In this document: piece after piece, positions 35,221 to 52,318 of the stretch
How positions within the stretch are numbered: position 1 is the first letter of the stretch
Layout of the letters: every line of letters begins with the position of its first letter
Assembly (NCBI RefSeq): GCF_000372725.1
Contig: NW_005201551.1
Location: 93,167 to 153,751 of the forward strand
DNA length: 60,585 nucleotides
Reading direction: 5' to 3'
Origin: Emiliania huxleyi CCMP1516
Taxonomy: Eukaryota
Made by a program: the position numbers and the translations under genes
The notes under the pieces: generated by a model
What the model saw: only the letters and a program-made list of their open reading frames with translations
Databases searched by the model: none
Told to the model about the DNA's origin: nothing

Positions 35221-36748
35221 GCGCCGACGCAGCCGGCAGACGCCCTCCCCTCCGCCCCCGATCTCGGCGTGAGCGAGACGAAACTGGAGCCGCCCAGCCC
35301 TCCCGCCGTCGAACTCGACGTCCCGACGCCCGCCGACACCGCCGCGCCGACGCAGCCGGCCGCCGCCTTCCCCTCCGCCACCGATCTCGGCGTGAGCGAG
35401 GGGAAGCTGGAGCTGTGGCGCAAGCGCGGCGGCGGCGACCTCGAGCCGGTCCTCGCGAGCAGCGCCGTCGCCGTCCTCGACGCGCAGTGGGTCATCAGCC
35501 ACGCCGAGGCGGGCGGCGTCCTCACCCACCGTCAGGCGCTGCCCAAAGAGGCCTTCCTCTCTTTCGCCGACCTCGTCGAGGCGACCGGCGAGTATGGCTA
35601 CCTTCCCGTCGCCGCGCTCTCCTACCCGTGGCTGACCAAGGACCACCCCGACCCGCGCGGAGCCAACCTCGCCCGCGTCGCGAGGGCGCTCAAGGCCCTG
35701 CTCAGCGACCATCCCGTGTTCGGCAAACCCGTCAACCCGCGGCTCGGCGTCTTTTGGGACTTCGGCTCGCTGCACCAGCACCCCGACCCCCCCAACGGCG
35801 TCCTGCGCACCGAGGAGCAGAACGCGCTCTTCAAGCAGGGGCTGAGCTGCCTCGGCACGCTCTACTCCCACCCGAAGACATACGTGCTGCGGCTGACCTC
35901 CTTCCCGGACGGCCACAAGGCGGAGGACCAGGCCGAGGGCACCAACGTGGCCAAGTACTTTGACCGCGGCTGGTGCTCCACCGAGAACGCCTGGGCCAGC
36001 CTGACAAAGGCCGGCCAGCTCTCCCTAGACCTCGGCAAGATGCGCGCCGGCGTGGAGTACGGCTACGGCAGCCTCATCGACGACTGCGTCCAGGACGGCG
36101 GCCGGCGCCCTCCGCTGCTGCCGTCTGCGTTCGCGGCGGAGCTGGAGAAGAAGAGCTTCACCAACGGCAAGGACGACAAGCCGCTGGTGAAGCAGCTGTA
36201 CGAGGCCGCCTTCAAGGAGCAGTTTGGCAAGGCGACCGTGCTGAACTACCGCGGCCTCGGCTGGGGCGACGCGGAGGCGGCGCAGCTGGCGGAGGTCCTC
36301 GCGAGCGGGGCAGCGCCGCGGCTCGAGAGGCTCGAGCTCCAGCGCAACAAGATTGGCGACGAGGGCTGCAAGGCGCTGGCCGCCGCCCTCGGCAAGGAGG
36401 GGGCAGCGCCGCGGCTCGAGACGCTCTCTCTCGGCGAAAACAAGATTGGCGACGAGGGCTGCAAGGCGCTGGCCGCCGCCCTCGGCAAGGAGGGGGCAGC
36501 GCCGCGGCTCAAGGAGCTCTATCTCTTCTGCAACGAGATTGGCGACGAGGGCTGCAAGGCGCTGGCCGCCGCCCTCAAGGAGGGGGCCGCCCCGAGCTTG
36601 AAGGCGCGAGACGCCCCCCTCGCCACACGCCCCTCCCCCGCCCAATGCTCATCGCACCTCCCCTCGCGTGCAGTATCTCTTCGTGGACAACAGGGAGCAG
36701 CCTGAGCTGGTGGCCGTGTGCGAGGAGCGCGGCATCGAGCTCGGCTGA
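35221..36748 (+). CDS. HET-like domain + RNI-like LRR protein, 5' end missing; one GC-AG intron (36604-36673)
   Basis: Motifs VAALSYPWL..HPDP, VFWDFGSLHQ, LGTLYSH, YFDRGWCSTE. LRRs LxxLxLxxNxIGDEGCKALAAAL in 30-aa units. Splicing AAG|GC..CAG|TAT gives ..PSLK|YLFVDNREQPELVAVCEERGIELG* (stop 36748). No in-frame ATG before the HET-like domain. Confidence 0.8.
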
Positions 36749-37589
36749 GCCTCTCCAGCCCCGGCCGGGCGGCAAGGGCGCGGGGCCCGGCGGGACCGCC
36801 GCGCGAGCAAGGCAGAGAGCAACAGACCCTGCGGCTGCGGAGCACGACGCACAGCGGCGGTGGGGGGGGGGTGTCTGCGTCTCTCGGCGCGCTTCGGCCG
36901 CTTGGGACAAGAGCGTCGGAGCGGGCAAGAGGGCGGGGGAGGGGGAAGTGGGGTCAGGGTCTGGTTGGGCGAAAGACACACGGGGGAATAGATGATGCAG
37001 ACCGGGGACATCGATGGCCATTCGGATTGGCGTGTTGCACGTTATAGTGCACGTGTGACTGTGAGCACCGCCGCGGGGGGTCCGGGGAAAGCGGTTTGGG
37101 GAGGGGTGTCGATTTGCACAAACGGGACACCTGAATCTTTTGTTTTAGTCAGCTAGCTTACGCTTTATGGCGCATCCACTGGGCCGTCTGGGCGCTGGGG
37201 CCGCGCTCTCCCCACTCCCGGTCTCAATCCCCACAGACCCCACCATCCCGTCGGACGGGCCTGCGTAGACAGTAAAACACGTAACCACACTCAGAGCTCC
37301 ACACTAGCCGGTATAGGCGAGCCCCGGAGGCCTCACCGTCACCGCTCGCGGCGGAGCCGACGGCGGAGCCACGGGCCGGTGCGACCTTTTGGGGGCCCAT
37401 GAGCTCGCCGGGACGACGCCGATGGCTCGGCGCGCCTCTTCCCGCCAGCGTTAAACGGCCTACACACAGGGGCGAGGGGGGGGGAGACGGAACTGAGCCC
37501 TAGGTTCGTGATCCCGTCGCCGGCAAGGGCTGGGACAGGGGCGGCAAGCGACGGGCGGGTCCGCGACCTTTTGCGAGCGCCCATGAGTT

Positions 37590-37765
37590 GTTGTAGAGAT
37601 TTCACGTTGTAGAGCGCCTCTACATCGCTCTACAACGGAGGCAGTTCGTCACGCGGTGGATGTAGAGCTCTACAGCTCTACATTGCTCTACAGCGCTCCA
37701 GAGCGCTCTACATCTCTACAGCTCTACAGCGCTCTACACTCTACATCCTCTACACCCTCCCTCAG
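37590..37765. repeat. CTCTACA/TGTAGAG motif array (probable transposon subterminal repeat)
   Basis: More than 12 copies of ctctaca or tgtagag in both orientations. Confidence 0.7.
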
Positions 37766-38111
37766 CATCGGCGTCGCCGCGCGAGCGGCGCCGCCACTGC
37801 GCTTGTGAGTCCGATGCGCGAACGAGTCTTATCGCGAGTAGAGTCGTTACGCGTTTTCCTTCACACTTGTTTTATTTTCAGAAGCGTCATTGCGGACGTC
37901 TTACTCTGTACGCGAGGTCTCGTCTTCGAGAGACCTCTCCCCCTTTTGGACGCGCCGGGCCGAATAAATATTCCGTCCTTTGTTCGCGTGCGCTCACGCG
38001 GTGTAGAATTTTAGTGCCCATCGGCGAGATCTAGCCGAGATACAGCCAAGAAAAGAAAAGAGGCTAGCACGCTCGCTCCGCCATCGGCGAGATCTAGCCG
38101 AGATACAGCCA

Positions 38112-38618
38112 AGAATCTTACAACAAAACTCCCTCGCACAACACTGGGCACGGGACTGGCGCGCACTGGCACTAACACAGGTACACCACGGGAGCCGCCT
38201 AAGCGACTCCTGCGAGGGTGGCGAGGCACTTAGCTCCGTGCACCCGCCCACCCCCGCCACAGGCAAGCTCATTCACGACCTGCTCTGCGATGGCCGTGTG
38301 AAGAACGACTGAGATGCGCTGCTTCTGCAGCCCCAGCCAGCTCTTGGTGGTCCAAGTCACCTCATCGAGGTACTGGGCCCGCGTCAGCTTGTTCTGTAGC
38401 ACGTCCGCCGCTCTCCGGAGGATCTCACGGACCCCCTTTCCGAACCCGCCGAACGATTCGAACAGCAGCAGCTGCACTTCGACGCCCTTGTCTTCCCTGG
38501 CGTAGCGATAATCCCCGCCGTAGGACGGTATGCGGCGGTCGCCGCCCACCACCCTGCCCCCCCTGGTATGCCAGCACCCAGTCCCTTGCCCTCTCTCGCC
38601 CTTGCTCTTCCTCTCCCC
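38112..38618 (-). mobile_element. 507-bp right arm of the inverted repeat (copy of 34555-35061)
   Basis: Same peptide in ORF 38199-38552. Three substitutions noticed by eye. Confidence 0.85.
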
Positions 38619-39915
38619 GAGAGACCACTCATATCGCTGTTGCGGGGCGGCAATGTGACTGGACTCGCCGTGCGCGCCCAGCTAACCCTAGCCACCAGCC
38701 TACGCCATACCCAGGTACGGTCGTACCTGTCTCTCCACTTAGTCATCCCAACACCTCAGGCAACCGCGCGGCTGCGCTACACTCACAGGCAGTCTCCCTG
38801 CCTCAGCTGTTACAGGCACCACCCACCGACCAGTCTCGACGACGAGCCGTGGCAGGGCTCGCTGCGCCAGCTGCACAGCAGTACGCCACAACACAACATA
38901 TTATCCAACATAACTTCTCCCTGACAGAGTGCCCTACCCTTGCGGGCTCAGTTGCCGCATTAGGAGCCTTCGCACCGCGAGTGGGCTCAGGTGGGATCCA
39001 CACAGAGAGAGGTTCAGTACAGAGCCGCACTCTACACACACCTTATCCCCCTACTCGGGCGGCATCGTGGTGAGACCCTGGGCAGTCAGAGAGGCTGACA
39101 GTAAGTGGCGGGCTGAGAACTCGGGCCTCTCCCGACCCGCCATCGCTGCCTACGGGAGGATCCTATCGGCCACTAGACCATGACAGATCAGAGGCGCACA
39201 CGCCCTGTCCCAGCTCCCCCACTCCTCACACTGGGTTTGCAGTGCGCGGCCTCGCCACCTCCCTACCAGGGCAAACCCCCTCTCTCCCCCTAGGTGCTGC
39301 ACTTGACGTCCATAGAAGGCGCGCGGCAGAGGCGGGAGGGAGGCGGGGAGAATCTAGCTCGCTCTGGCAGGGAGGCAAGGGTGTGACAGAGTGCTTGGGT
39401 GAGAACAGGCGGAGTGTGTGTGCCTGTAAGGTACGCGATTGGGAGAGCACTTGTGACGAGGCACGGTTAGGCGAGTGGCGGGGATACTCTAGGAATGCGA
39501 CCCGCACATTCTAAAAAAAATTGTTCCAGTCTTAGCAAGCAAAAAGGAGCACACACGACTTAGCAAGTCCGCACCAGCGACTGCCACTTCTTTCCCCGCT
39601 TCTTTCTTTCTGACGCAGTTTGTGTGGTCTGCAGGACAGTTTGTCGGAGCTCTCTTTCCATGAAAAGTGTACACTGCTTCCCCGCGGCATGGGCACTGTA
39701 CGGAATGCTTCCCCGCGGCATGGACACTGTACGGAAATATACGTACGTGGGCTGGCTACTTGCCGGGTCGCTCGCCAGCCGAGGGCCGCGCATGCCTGAT
39801 ATCGCCGATGCCAGAGCGCCACCTCTTCACGCGACGGCGGCGAGGTGGAGCCTCCCTCGCCACTGGCTCCCTAGCTGGCACCGGCACCGGCGTGGCCAAG
39901 AGGCGCGGCGTGCTC

Positions 39916-44648
<4,733 letters not shown>

Positions 44649-45048
44649 GGCCGTGGAGGCTGGCCGACGGAAGGCAGCGGCGAGTGACCAACCTCGGACT
44701 TGCTGTCGGTATGAGGGGTGCGAGGGTGCGAGAAACGTCCGCAAAATAAAGAATTTATGGACCAAAGTCTGCGACTGGGAAATAAAGAAAAGGTGGCGGC
44801 GTGCCGTCCTCCCATCCCTCCCTTGGGTTGTCTGTTTTCTTTCTTTCTTTCTGTCGAAATAAAGAAAAATGGACTCGTGTATGTATGTAGAAAAGGACGG
44901 CTTTGTCGCATCACCCACACTGCCTAGGTGCCTATATCAAATCTATCAATGGTACTAAAAAATGAACTCGGGGGCACGGGACGCGGCACAAACGGGGCAC
45001 AAACGCCAGGCTACAAAGACGGGGAGGCACGTAGTGACGCAGGGGAGT

Positions 45049-45465
45049 CTAGGCGACGGCGGCGTCCTCCGACGCCGCGGCGAGCCTGAGCTCGGTCGCA
45101 ATCTCTTCCGCCGCCGCGAGCTGCAGCGCGACTGACATGCGCTGGGCCTGCAGCGACAGCCACGACCGCGTCGACCAGCTCGCCTCATCCTCGTGCTGCC
45201 GCTTCGAGAGCTTGTTGCGCACCTTGTCCTTCATCTGGTAGAACAGCCGCTTGACCGCGTTGCACCACCCGCCGAAGGTTTCAAACAGGTACATCTGCAC
45301 GTCGGTGTCCGAGCGCGAGAGGGCGTGCGCGTAGTCCGCCTTCTTGTACGCCACATAGCCGCCGCCGTCGCTCGGCCTGAAGTCGCCGTCCCCGACAGCG
45401 CCGCGCTGCTCGAGGCCGAAGACGTCCGCGCTCGTGCCGGGCTCGGTGTTGTCCAACTTCGCAGC
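45049..45465 (-). mobile_element. 5'-truncated C-terminal ORF fragment, diverged relative of the 34555 element (RLE-type non-LTR-like)
   Basis: KADYAHALSRSDTDVQMYLFETFGGWCNAVKRL...RNKLSKRQHEDEASWSTRSWLSLQAQRMSVALQ aligns with GDYRYA..LLFESFGGFG..QNKLTRAQYLDEVTWTTKSWLGLQKQRISVVLH. Confidence 0.7.
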
Positions 45466-46227
45466 TCTGGGGCTCTCTGGATGGATGCGGACATTCAAGA
45501 CGCTCAGCCCGATCCCCACAGCCAGAGGTCCTCATGCCAGAGGTCCTCGCGTGGCCAGAGGACCTCACAGGGGCAGAGAGTGTCCACTCCCCGCTCGCCC
45601 GTGCCGGTCCCCGCAACTTATTAAAGTGCCTTTGGAAGCCTCCTCAAGGTCTCCTGAGGCTCTTGCCAGAGAGGTCTCCAAGGTCCTCACGACCAGCGAG
45701 GTCCTCACGAAGGCCCCCGCACGGGGGGTCCCGGGGGGCACCATGATCGTCCGCCAAGGGTCCGGGGTCGCCCAGGCAAGTGGCCCAAATCCGATGAGTT
45801 TTCCAGGTGTGAACAGCAGCTGAGAGGTGTGAATTCATCCCGGGCGGGGTGCGGGACGGTAGCCCCGCAGAGAAAGTTTTGCGTGCTGGGGCACTGAGAT
45901 CGCAGTTTTCGTTAGTCCACGGCGGATGCCAGCGGCAGCTGTTTCGAAGATTCGCGGTGCCGCATTTGAGCATGAATCAGCGACCTTTCTGCTGGCATCA
46001 CGCATAAGAGAAGCCGAGAGGCACGAGGTCCTCCAATTTGCCGGATCAGCAGCGCGGTCTGGAGCGTGGTTGTGGCGTATGCATTTGCCCCCGCAGTCTG
46101 AATGGACCACGCTCGAGCTCATACTGCGCTCTGTGCAGCCTGTTTAAGCAGTGAACGAGTTCGGCGAAGTTGCGCCACCACTATCGTTGTCGTTCCTGCC
46201 ACGCACACCGTAGGCTGCGGTAGTGCG

Positions 46228-46740
46228 TCTCCAGCCATGTCTACTAAGGATGGCTGCCGTGTGTGTGTTGCAGCCATCGGGCTGAAGGATGTGGCTGCAC
46301 TGCAGCTAGCTCTCAGCCATCCTTAGGTAAGATGGCTGTGAAGGAGCCAGCACAGCCATTCTGGTGTTACATTCCGAGGTTAGCCACAACTGTCGACGTC
46401 ACGCAGAAAAACATGTGTGTGTCCTAGAATACGTTCCCCATGGACGCAGCAGCCCTCACATGCAGCGCTGTCCGCACGGGGCGAACAGGTGAGACGTCTC
46501 TGTCTCACGGGTGTTTCGTCCCTGTCTCAACGCTGTGCCACAAATGCGTCTCAGTAATGTCTCACGGACTCTCACCGATCTCTGCGTTGTAAGGATGTCA
46601 CACACACGGCACAGTCACCTTCAGAGACGTGTTTGAGACACCAGTGAGACAAATGTTCACCCCTGCTGTGTGACACTGTCGTCTCTACTACGTCTCGTCA
46701 TTTCATCTCAGAGCGTCTCACACTCGTCTCACGGTGAACA
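46228..46740. repeat. Short-motif arrays (CAGCCAT/ATGGCTG at 46230-46360; GTCTCA/TGAGAC at 46490-46735)
   Basis: Multiple copies of each motif in both orientations, similar in style to the 7171 MITE arms. Termini not identified. Confidence 0.55.
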
Positions 46741-47627
46741 AGCGGCAATCCTCGCGAGGGGGGTCCCAGGGGGGGGTCGAGCATTCCCATCCCCACATCG
46801 TAAGCAAACCCCGACAAATCCACACGACACGCCTCGTTTCGTCTGAAGGCAGCTTTCCGCTGCCTCTCGCGCTTGCCCCGCCGTACCGCGCCGCCGATGA
46901 GCCGCAAGCTACACGCCTGGATCCCCGCGACGCCTATTGCTCACCCCACCCCGCCCGCACCGCTCCCGCCGTGCGATGCGCTCTCGCTCGACGGCGCCCC
47001 TCAGCCTCGCACTGCCTGCTCCCTCCCGCTCGCAGGCGCCGCTGCCATTGAGGAGCTGCTGTCCATTCGCCACCCTTGCCCCGCGTTAGCCCGCACATGC
47101 GCATCCCATTTTATGCTACTGACGCTCGCTCGCCGTCGCCTGCGCGCCCGCAGATCCAAAACAACGTGAGCGAGGGGAGCCGCCGCGGCAGCTTGCGAGC
47201 TGGACCTCGAGCTGTGAACGCTGCGAGTAGGCGCGGCCCTCCTGAGCCCCCCTTTCTCTCCATTCCCTCTCAAAGATCGCTCTCTCAGCAGCACTTGATG
47301 GCCCAAACATGATGCGCTGCAATCAGCCGAGCAATCCAGCCGAGTGAGATTGCCCGTGATTGCCCGAGATCGCTTCCGGGATCAGCATGGCACTTCCGCA
47401 CCTCGTTGTGGAGGCGCTCTAGCGCTCGCGGGCTGCACGCCGTGGGGTACCGCGCAGCCCGCCTCCTTCTCTCCGCCCTCTCTCCCCGCGCAAGAGAGCG
47501 ACCCTGTCCCGCTCTCGCGCGAGCGTCGCCCGGCTACAGTCCGAGAGACGTAGCAGCGAGTGCCGGTACTCATCGAGACGCGAGCTGACGCCTCCTTCTC
47601 TCTGCCCTCTCTCCCGGCGCAAGAGAC

Positions 47628-47910
47628 AGTAACCAGTAATAATGCGCAGTAGTCCGCAGTAATACTCTGCACAGTCTCCATTAACCAGAGAGTAGTAATG
47701 CGCAGTAGTACTCTGCACAGAGTAGCCAACAGTGCGCGGTAGTACTCTGCACAGTGTCCAGTAACCAGTAATAATGCAGTACTCTGCAGTCTGCAGTAGT
47801 CGTGTAGTCTGCAGTCTCCAGTAACCATCAGTAATGCGCATTAGTACTTTGCACAGTCTCCAGTAACCAGTAATAATGCGCAGTAGTACTCTGCAGTGGT
47901 CCGCAGTCTC
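47628..47910. repeat. CAGTAGTACTCTGCA/CAGTAACCAGTAATA motif array; related array at 49490-49672
   Basis: Repeated gcgcagtagtactctgca and cagtaaccagtaataatgc in the same orientation at both locations. Confidence 0.8.
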
Positions 47911-47953
47911 CACCGAGACGAATGATGACATGTGATGACCAAGATGAATGCTC

Positions 47954-48089
47954 CCTCCCCCCGCACCCCGCCAGACGAGGGTTAAGTATCTGACGCTCAC
48001 CATCCACCCCTCATAGGTAGCACCCTCCCCCCGCACCCCGCCAGACGAGGGTTAAGTATCTGACGCTCACCATCCACCCCTCATAGGTA
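47954..48089. repeat. Tandem duplication, ~69-70 bp period
   Basis: ccctcccccgcaccccgccagacgagggttaagtatctgacgctcaccatccacccctcataggta occurs twice. Confidence 0.93.
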
Positions 48090-48112
48090 CGAGTGAACTC
48101 GATCAATATCAC

Positions 48113-49362
48113 ATGTCCGAGAACGAGGCACTGATGGTCGGCATCATGTCGGCCGAAGACGGCAGCATCAAGGTCGTCATCTCCGCGCCGAAGTCGCCTC
48201 CGCTCCTCGGAGCCAAGACGGTGCGATAAGTGTGCGCATGTCGCAGACCTCCAATCGCCTCCCATGTCATGCCCCCCATCTCCATCTTCCACAGGCGTGC
48301 GGCGCGAAGGGCGTCCCAATCACGGACGGCACCGCGGGGTCACGCACCTCCGCGGCGGTGCTCGACGAGGGACCGGGCTACGTGGTCGGCGTCGAGGCCG
48401 AAGTCCGCCGGCTGGGCGAGAGCGTCGTCTACCAGGCTACGCCCGCCGACGGCAAGAAGTCGCCGTCGCCGGGAGTCCCCACATCCGGCGGCATTGCGCC
48501 CGTGGCGCCCAAGCCCCTTGGCGCGGTCGCGGGCGCGGGGCAGGCCGACGCCGCGTCACGCGAGTACTATCTCGCCGTGCGCGACAAGGCGATGGCCGCG
48601 ATCTTGCTCACCAAGATACAGCGTGCGAAGCTGGACGCCGAGCGGTCGGGGTGCGGGTGCAAGTGCCGGCGCAAGGCCATGCGCTGCCGCAACAACCCCA
48701 AGTTTGGCAAGGCAAAGGGCAGGCGCAAGTCTGGCAAGGCAAAGGGCCGCGGCCGCGGCCGCGGCCGCCGCCCGAACTGGCGCCGCGAGCCGCAGACCAC
48801 GTCCGGCAAGGCGTCATTCGCCGCTGGCACGTGCGGCGCCGGCGCTGGCACATGCGGCGCCGTCGCTGGCACATGCGGCGCCGGCGGTCGTGCCGGCCTC
48901 AAGGCGGCGGCCAACTGCGTGCAGGGCGGCTACACGAAGGCCGAGGGCGCCTTCCGGTGGCTGCTCCTCGTCTGCATGCCCGCCTTTGGCCACTGCGCGC
49001 CCGCCGTGCCTAGCCCGGCGGCGGTGGCCTCGGCCTTCTCGTCTGCCGTCGCCTCGGCGTCCTCTACCTTCTCATCCGGCGTCGCCTCGGCGGCGTCCTC
49101 GGCCTTCTCGCCCGCCGTCGCCTCGAAGGCGGCCTCGCTCGTGAGCTGCTCGCCGTTTCTCATGCCCGCCCTCGTGGTCATCCTCCTCGCCATCGCCTGC
49201 GGCGCCTCCTGGCCGACCGCGGCGAGCGGAAAGGGGGCTCGGCGCGGCGTGGCGTGGGCCGTCTGCGTCGCCGCCGCCGCGGCGTGCCTCCCCGGCGCAG
49301 CAGCGGCTCCCGTGGAATCCCGCTCGCAGGTGCGGCCACTCACCACCATCGAGGAGCTGTGA
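48113..49362 (+). CDS. Hypothetical protein (K/R-rich middle, Ala/Ser repeats, hydrophobic C-terminal segments); intron 48221-48294
   Basis: ATG 48113 and a 36-codon exon (MSENEALMVGIMSAEDG..GAKT). A 74-nt GT-AG intron joins it in frame to ORF 48232-49362. High GC3. The 3' end may splice onward at 49330. Confidence 0.6.
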
Positions 49363-49690
49363 GACGCATGCGATGCCGCCCACTCACCAGCCTTGCCGCG
49401 CGCCAGCCCGCTTCCGACGCTCTGCCCTCTCCCCCATATACCCCCCCATACTTCTTCATAGCAGTGTTTGACCCTCTTTCACGTGCTCCGGTAAGACTAC
49501 TCCGAGTAATATGCAATAGCCAACAGTTCTGAGTAACCAGTAATATGCAGTAGTGCTCCGCAGTAGTCCGCAGTAGTCCCCAGACGAGTAATAACGCGCA
49601 GTAGTACTCTGCAGCATAGTCTCCAGTAACCAGAAATGATGCGCCGTAGTACTCCGTAGTCCGTAGTCCCCATTAATGCGCCCGAGATGT

Positions 49691-49735
<45 letters not shown>

Positions 49736-49884
49736 GACGGGAGGGGTGCGGGGTTTGTTAGTTGAGGGGGAGTTGATTGTTGCACCTTGATTGTTAGGAC
49801 ATCCTTTCGAGCGTTTCGCTTTCGAGCGCTTCGCTGCCGCTCGTCGCCGTCGCCGTCGCCGTCGTCGCTGCCGCCGTCGCTGCG

Positions 49885-52318
49885 TTGCTGCGCCGCAAGT
49901 CAAAGTCTACTGACGCAGACGCGCCCTCGCCGCCGCCGTCGCCGCCCGAACCAACCGTCGTGCCCGAACCCGAAGCGCCGGTGCGGCGCGGTGGCTCTTT
50001 CCTGGATCTGAACGTTCTGAGCTGCGCTGGGCCTGGGAAGCCCGGCCCGCGCGGTCCGAAAGGAGACCAGGGTTCTCCCGGCCAAGATGGCCACGACGGC
50101 CATGACGGCCACGACGGCCCACCGGGGCCTCCCGGCCCCGGGCCGCGTCCGGCGATGATGGCGGTAATCTGCAACGCAATTACCGCCTCCTCCGTGCTGT
50201 CGATCGTGGCCATCGTGCTGTCGATCATAGCCATCACCCGTTCGCCGACTCCTCCCCCGCCGCCGCTACCTCCGTTTCTTTCGCCTCCGCCGCCACCGCC
50301 GCCACCGCCGCCGCCGCCTCCGTTTCTTTCGCCTCCGTTTCTGCCGCCGTCGCCGCAACCGCCGCCGCCGCGTCCTCCGCCCGAGTACAACGTCTGCTCG
50401 CCCGACCCGGAGCTGCTCGTGTGGGACGATCCGCCCGACTGGACCGTCGATCCTGGCCGCCGAAAAGTTCAAGTGGGCTGGCTCAAGGTGCCGATTCTGC
50501 ACCAACAGCCGAGCCTTGAACAGCTCGGCATTCCTCTCGGCGACACCGCACTTCGCGTGACTTTGGAGTTGGCCACCGACCCGGACACAAACGAGGAAAT
50601 TTGCTCACACAACGCGAAGCCACTTTTCACGCACTGCGGCGGACCAGGCTCCGTGAACGATTGCATGGTCGGAAAAGCGCCCGTGCGCAAACTGCTCAAT
50701 AGCGGCCAGTACCACCACCTCGCGATCGCTCAGCGCGGGATCGATCCCAAGGATGCTTTCAACTATGTGAAGGAGAATCCTCCCGGTTACAAATTCGGCC
50801 CCCTTCCCGACAAATGGGTCCAGGAGGGGGTGGAGCGCTTCCCGTACATCTACTGCCATAATGCATTTGATATCCGCGTGATGAATGAGGTGAAGGCGGC
50901 GTATCTGGCGGCAGGATTGAACTGGGAGTCTGTCTGGGAAAACCCTGAATACGTGCAATCTGGGGTAGCCTTTGCAGACCCCGGACTTACCAAGGTGTCG
51001 TCATACTAGAAGCGCCGAGATAGTCACGCTGGCAGCGCCACACAATCTGCCTTTATTCCCTACCACGCAGGTGTTCGCCGAGCTCCAGAACGCGGCGATG
51101 TCCGAGTGCCGCAGGCGGCCTGAGTATCACCTTGGGACAAACTTCGCTCGCGGCACCATGGTCTACCAGGACTTTATGGGCACGCAGGACTTGGCCCATG
51201 ATCTCGACACCCTTCGCACGGCCATCGGCGCGGATAAGCTGTCCGTCTGGGGCGTCTCTTACGGCACAGAAGTGGGCGCAACCTACGCGACGGTGTACCC
51301 GGAGCGGGTCGACAAAGTGATCCTGGATGGAAATGTCGCGATATCGAATGAGATCTACGAGGCTGCGCACCTCTGGGCTCTCAGCTACGAACAAGTTTGG
51401 AACGGACTCGCGGCAGCTTGCAACAACGATTTCTTTGTGGCCGGCGGCATCGACGCCCCTACCCTCCCCGCCGATGACTTTTGCGCGGCGACGCCATATC
51501 CAACGGACAAAATGAGCAAGCTCCTGGAGACAGACGAAACGCTTTTGTTGATGGCTTATACTCTCCTCGGAAAATTCTTCGAGGACTACGGAATTATGTG
51601 GAAGGGTGTCTCTCCCGGCAGCGCGATCATGATGGCGTGCGTCGAGTCCCTCCACAAGAACGGGGACTTCGACGGGGAGGGCTGTTGCGACTACCAGCCC
51701 GAAAAGAAATGTTGCAACGGTAAGATTCAAATTCCAGCCAACTCAAACACCACTTTTCAAGAAATGGAGGATGGAAATCCCACTGTCGCGCTGGTTCGCT
51801 CCGTCGACATGGCAGGACGACTCAGCACCGCGGACATTGCACGCCTCTGGGCCGACCTCAGGGACAAACACCCGATCGGGTTCCTTCGCGCAAACGGTAT
51901 CATCAGCATCGTCTCGGCGCCCAACCTGCCACGCCCGGTGCCTTCTTACGGATCGGGGCTGGACAAGCTGAAGCCTCTCATCATCGGCGACTTTCACGAC
52001 CCCGCTACGACGTACACGGCTTCGCAGGACATGCGAGACAAGTTTCCCAACGGCGCGCTGATGAGCTGGCAGGGCTACCACCACGGCCTCTTTGACGATG
52101 GCGACTTTGGCTTGTCCGACTACACCTCCTACACGTTCCAGAGCGAGGGTTACGGCGCGAAGGATTGCTACGACAGGATGTTGAACTATCTCGAGGATGG
52201 CACGCTCCCACCGAACGGCTACACGTGCCCGATCAATGGCCCAGCCGCAGGCTCTCTCAGCCTGAAGGTTGCAAAGCAGGTGCCCACGTGCCCGCCGGCC
52301 AATGCCCCATCGCCTTAA
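49885..52318 (+). CDS. TAP-like alpha/beta hydrolase (peptidase S33/tripeptidyl-peptidase-like) with N-terminal collagen-like, TM and polyproline segments; intron 50995-51070; start uncertain
   Basis: GWLKVPI, THCGGPGS, IAQRGI, MGTQDLAHDLDTLRTAIGADKLSVWGVSYGT (nucleophile), DKVILDG, IIGDFHDPATTY (Asp), YHHG (His). AAG|GT..CAG|GTG joins ORFs 49885-51009 and 50972-52318 in frame. Confidence 0.88.

Noticed and set aside
37493..37765. Second CTGAG...CTCAG-bounded MITE
   Set aside because: Only 5 bp of inverted match and no TSD.
38620..39500. Lower-GC segment possibly from a decayed retroelement (also 45500-46200)
   Set aside because: Stops in all frames and no recognisable motifs.
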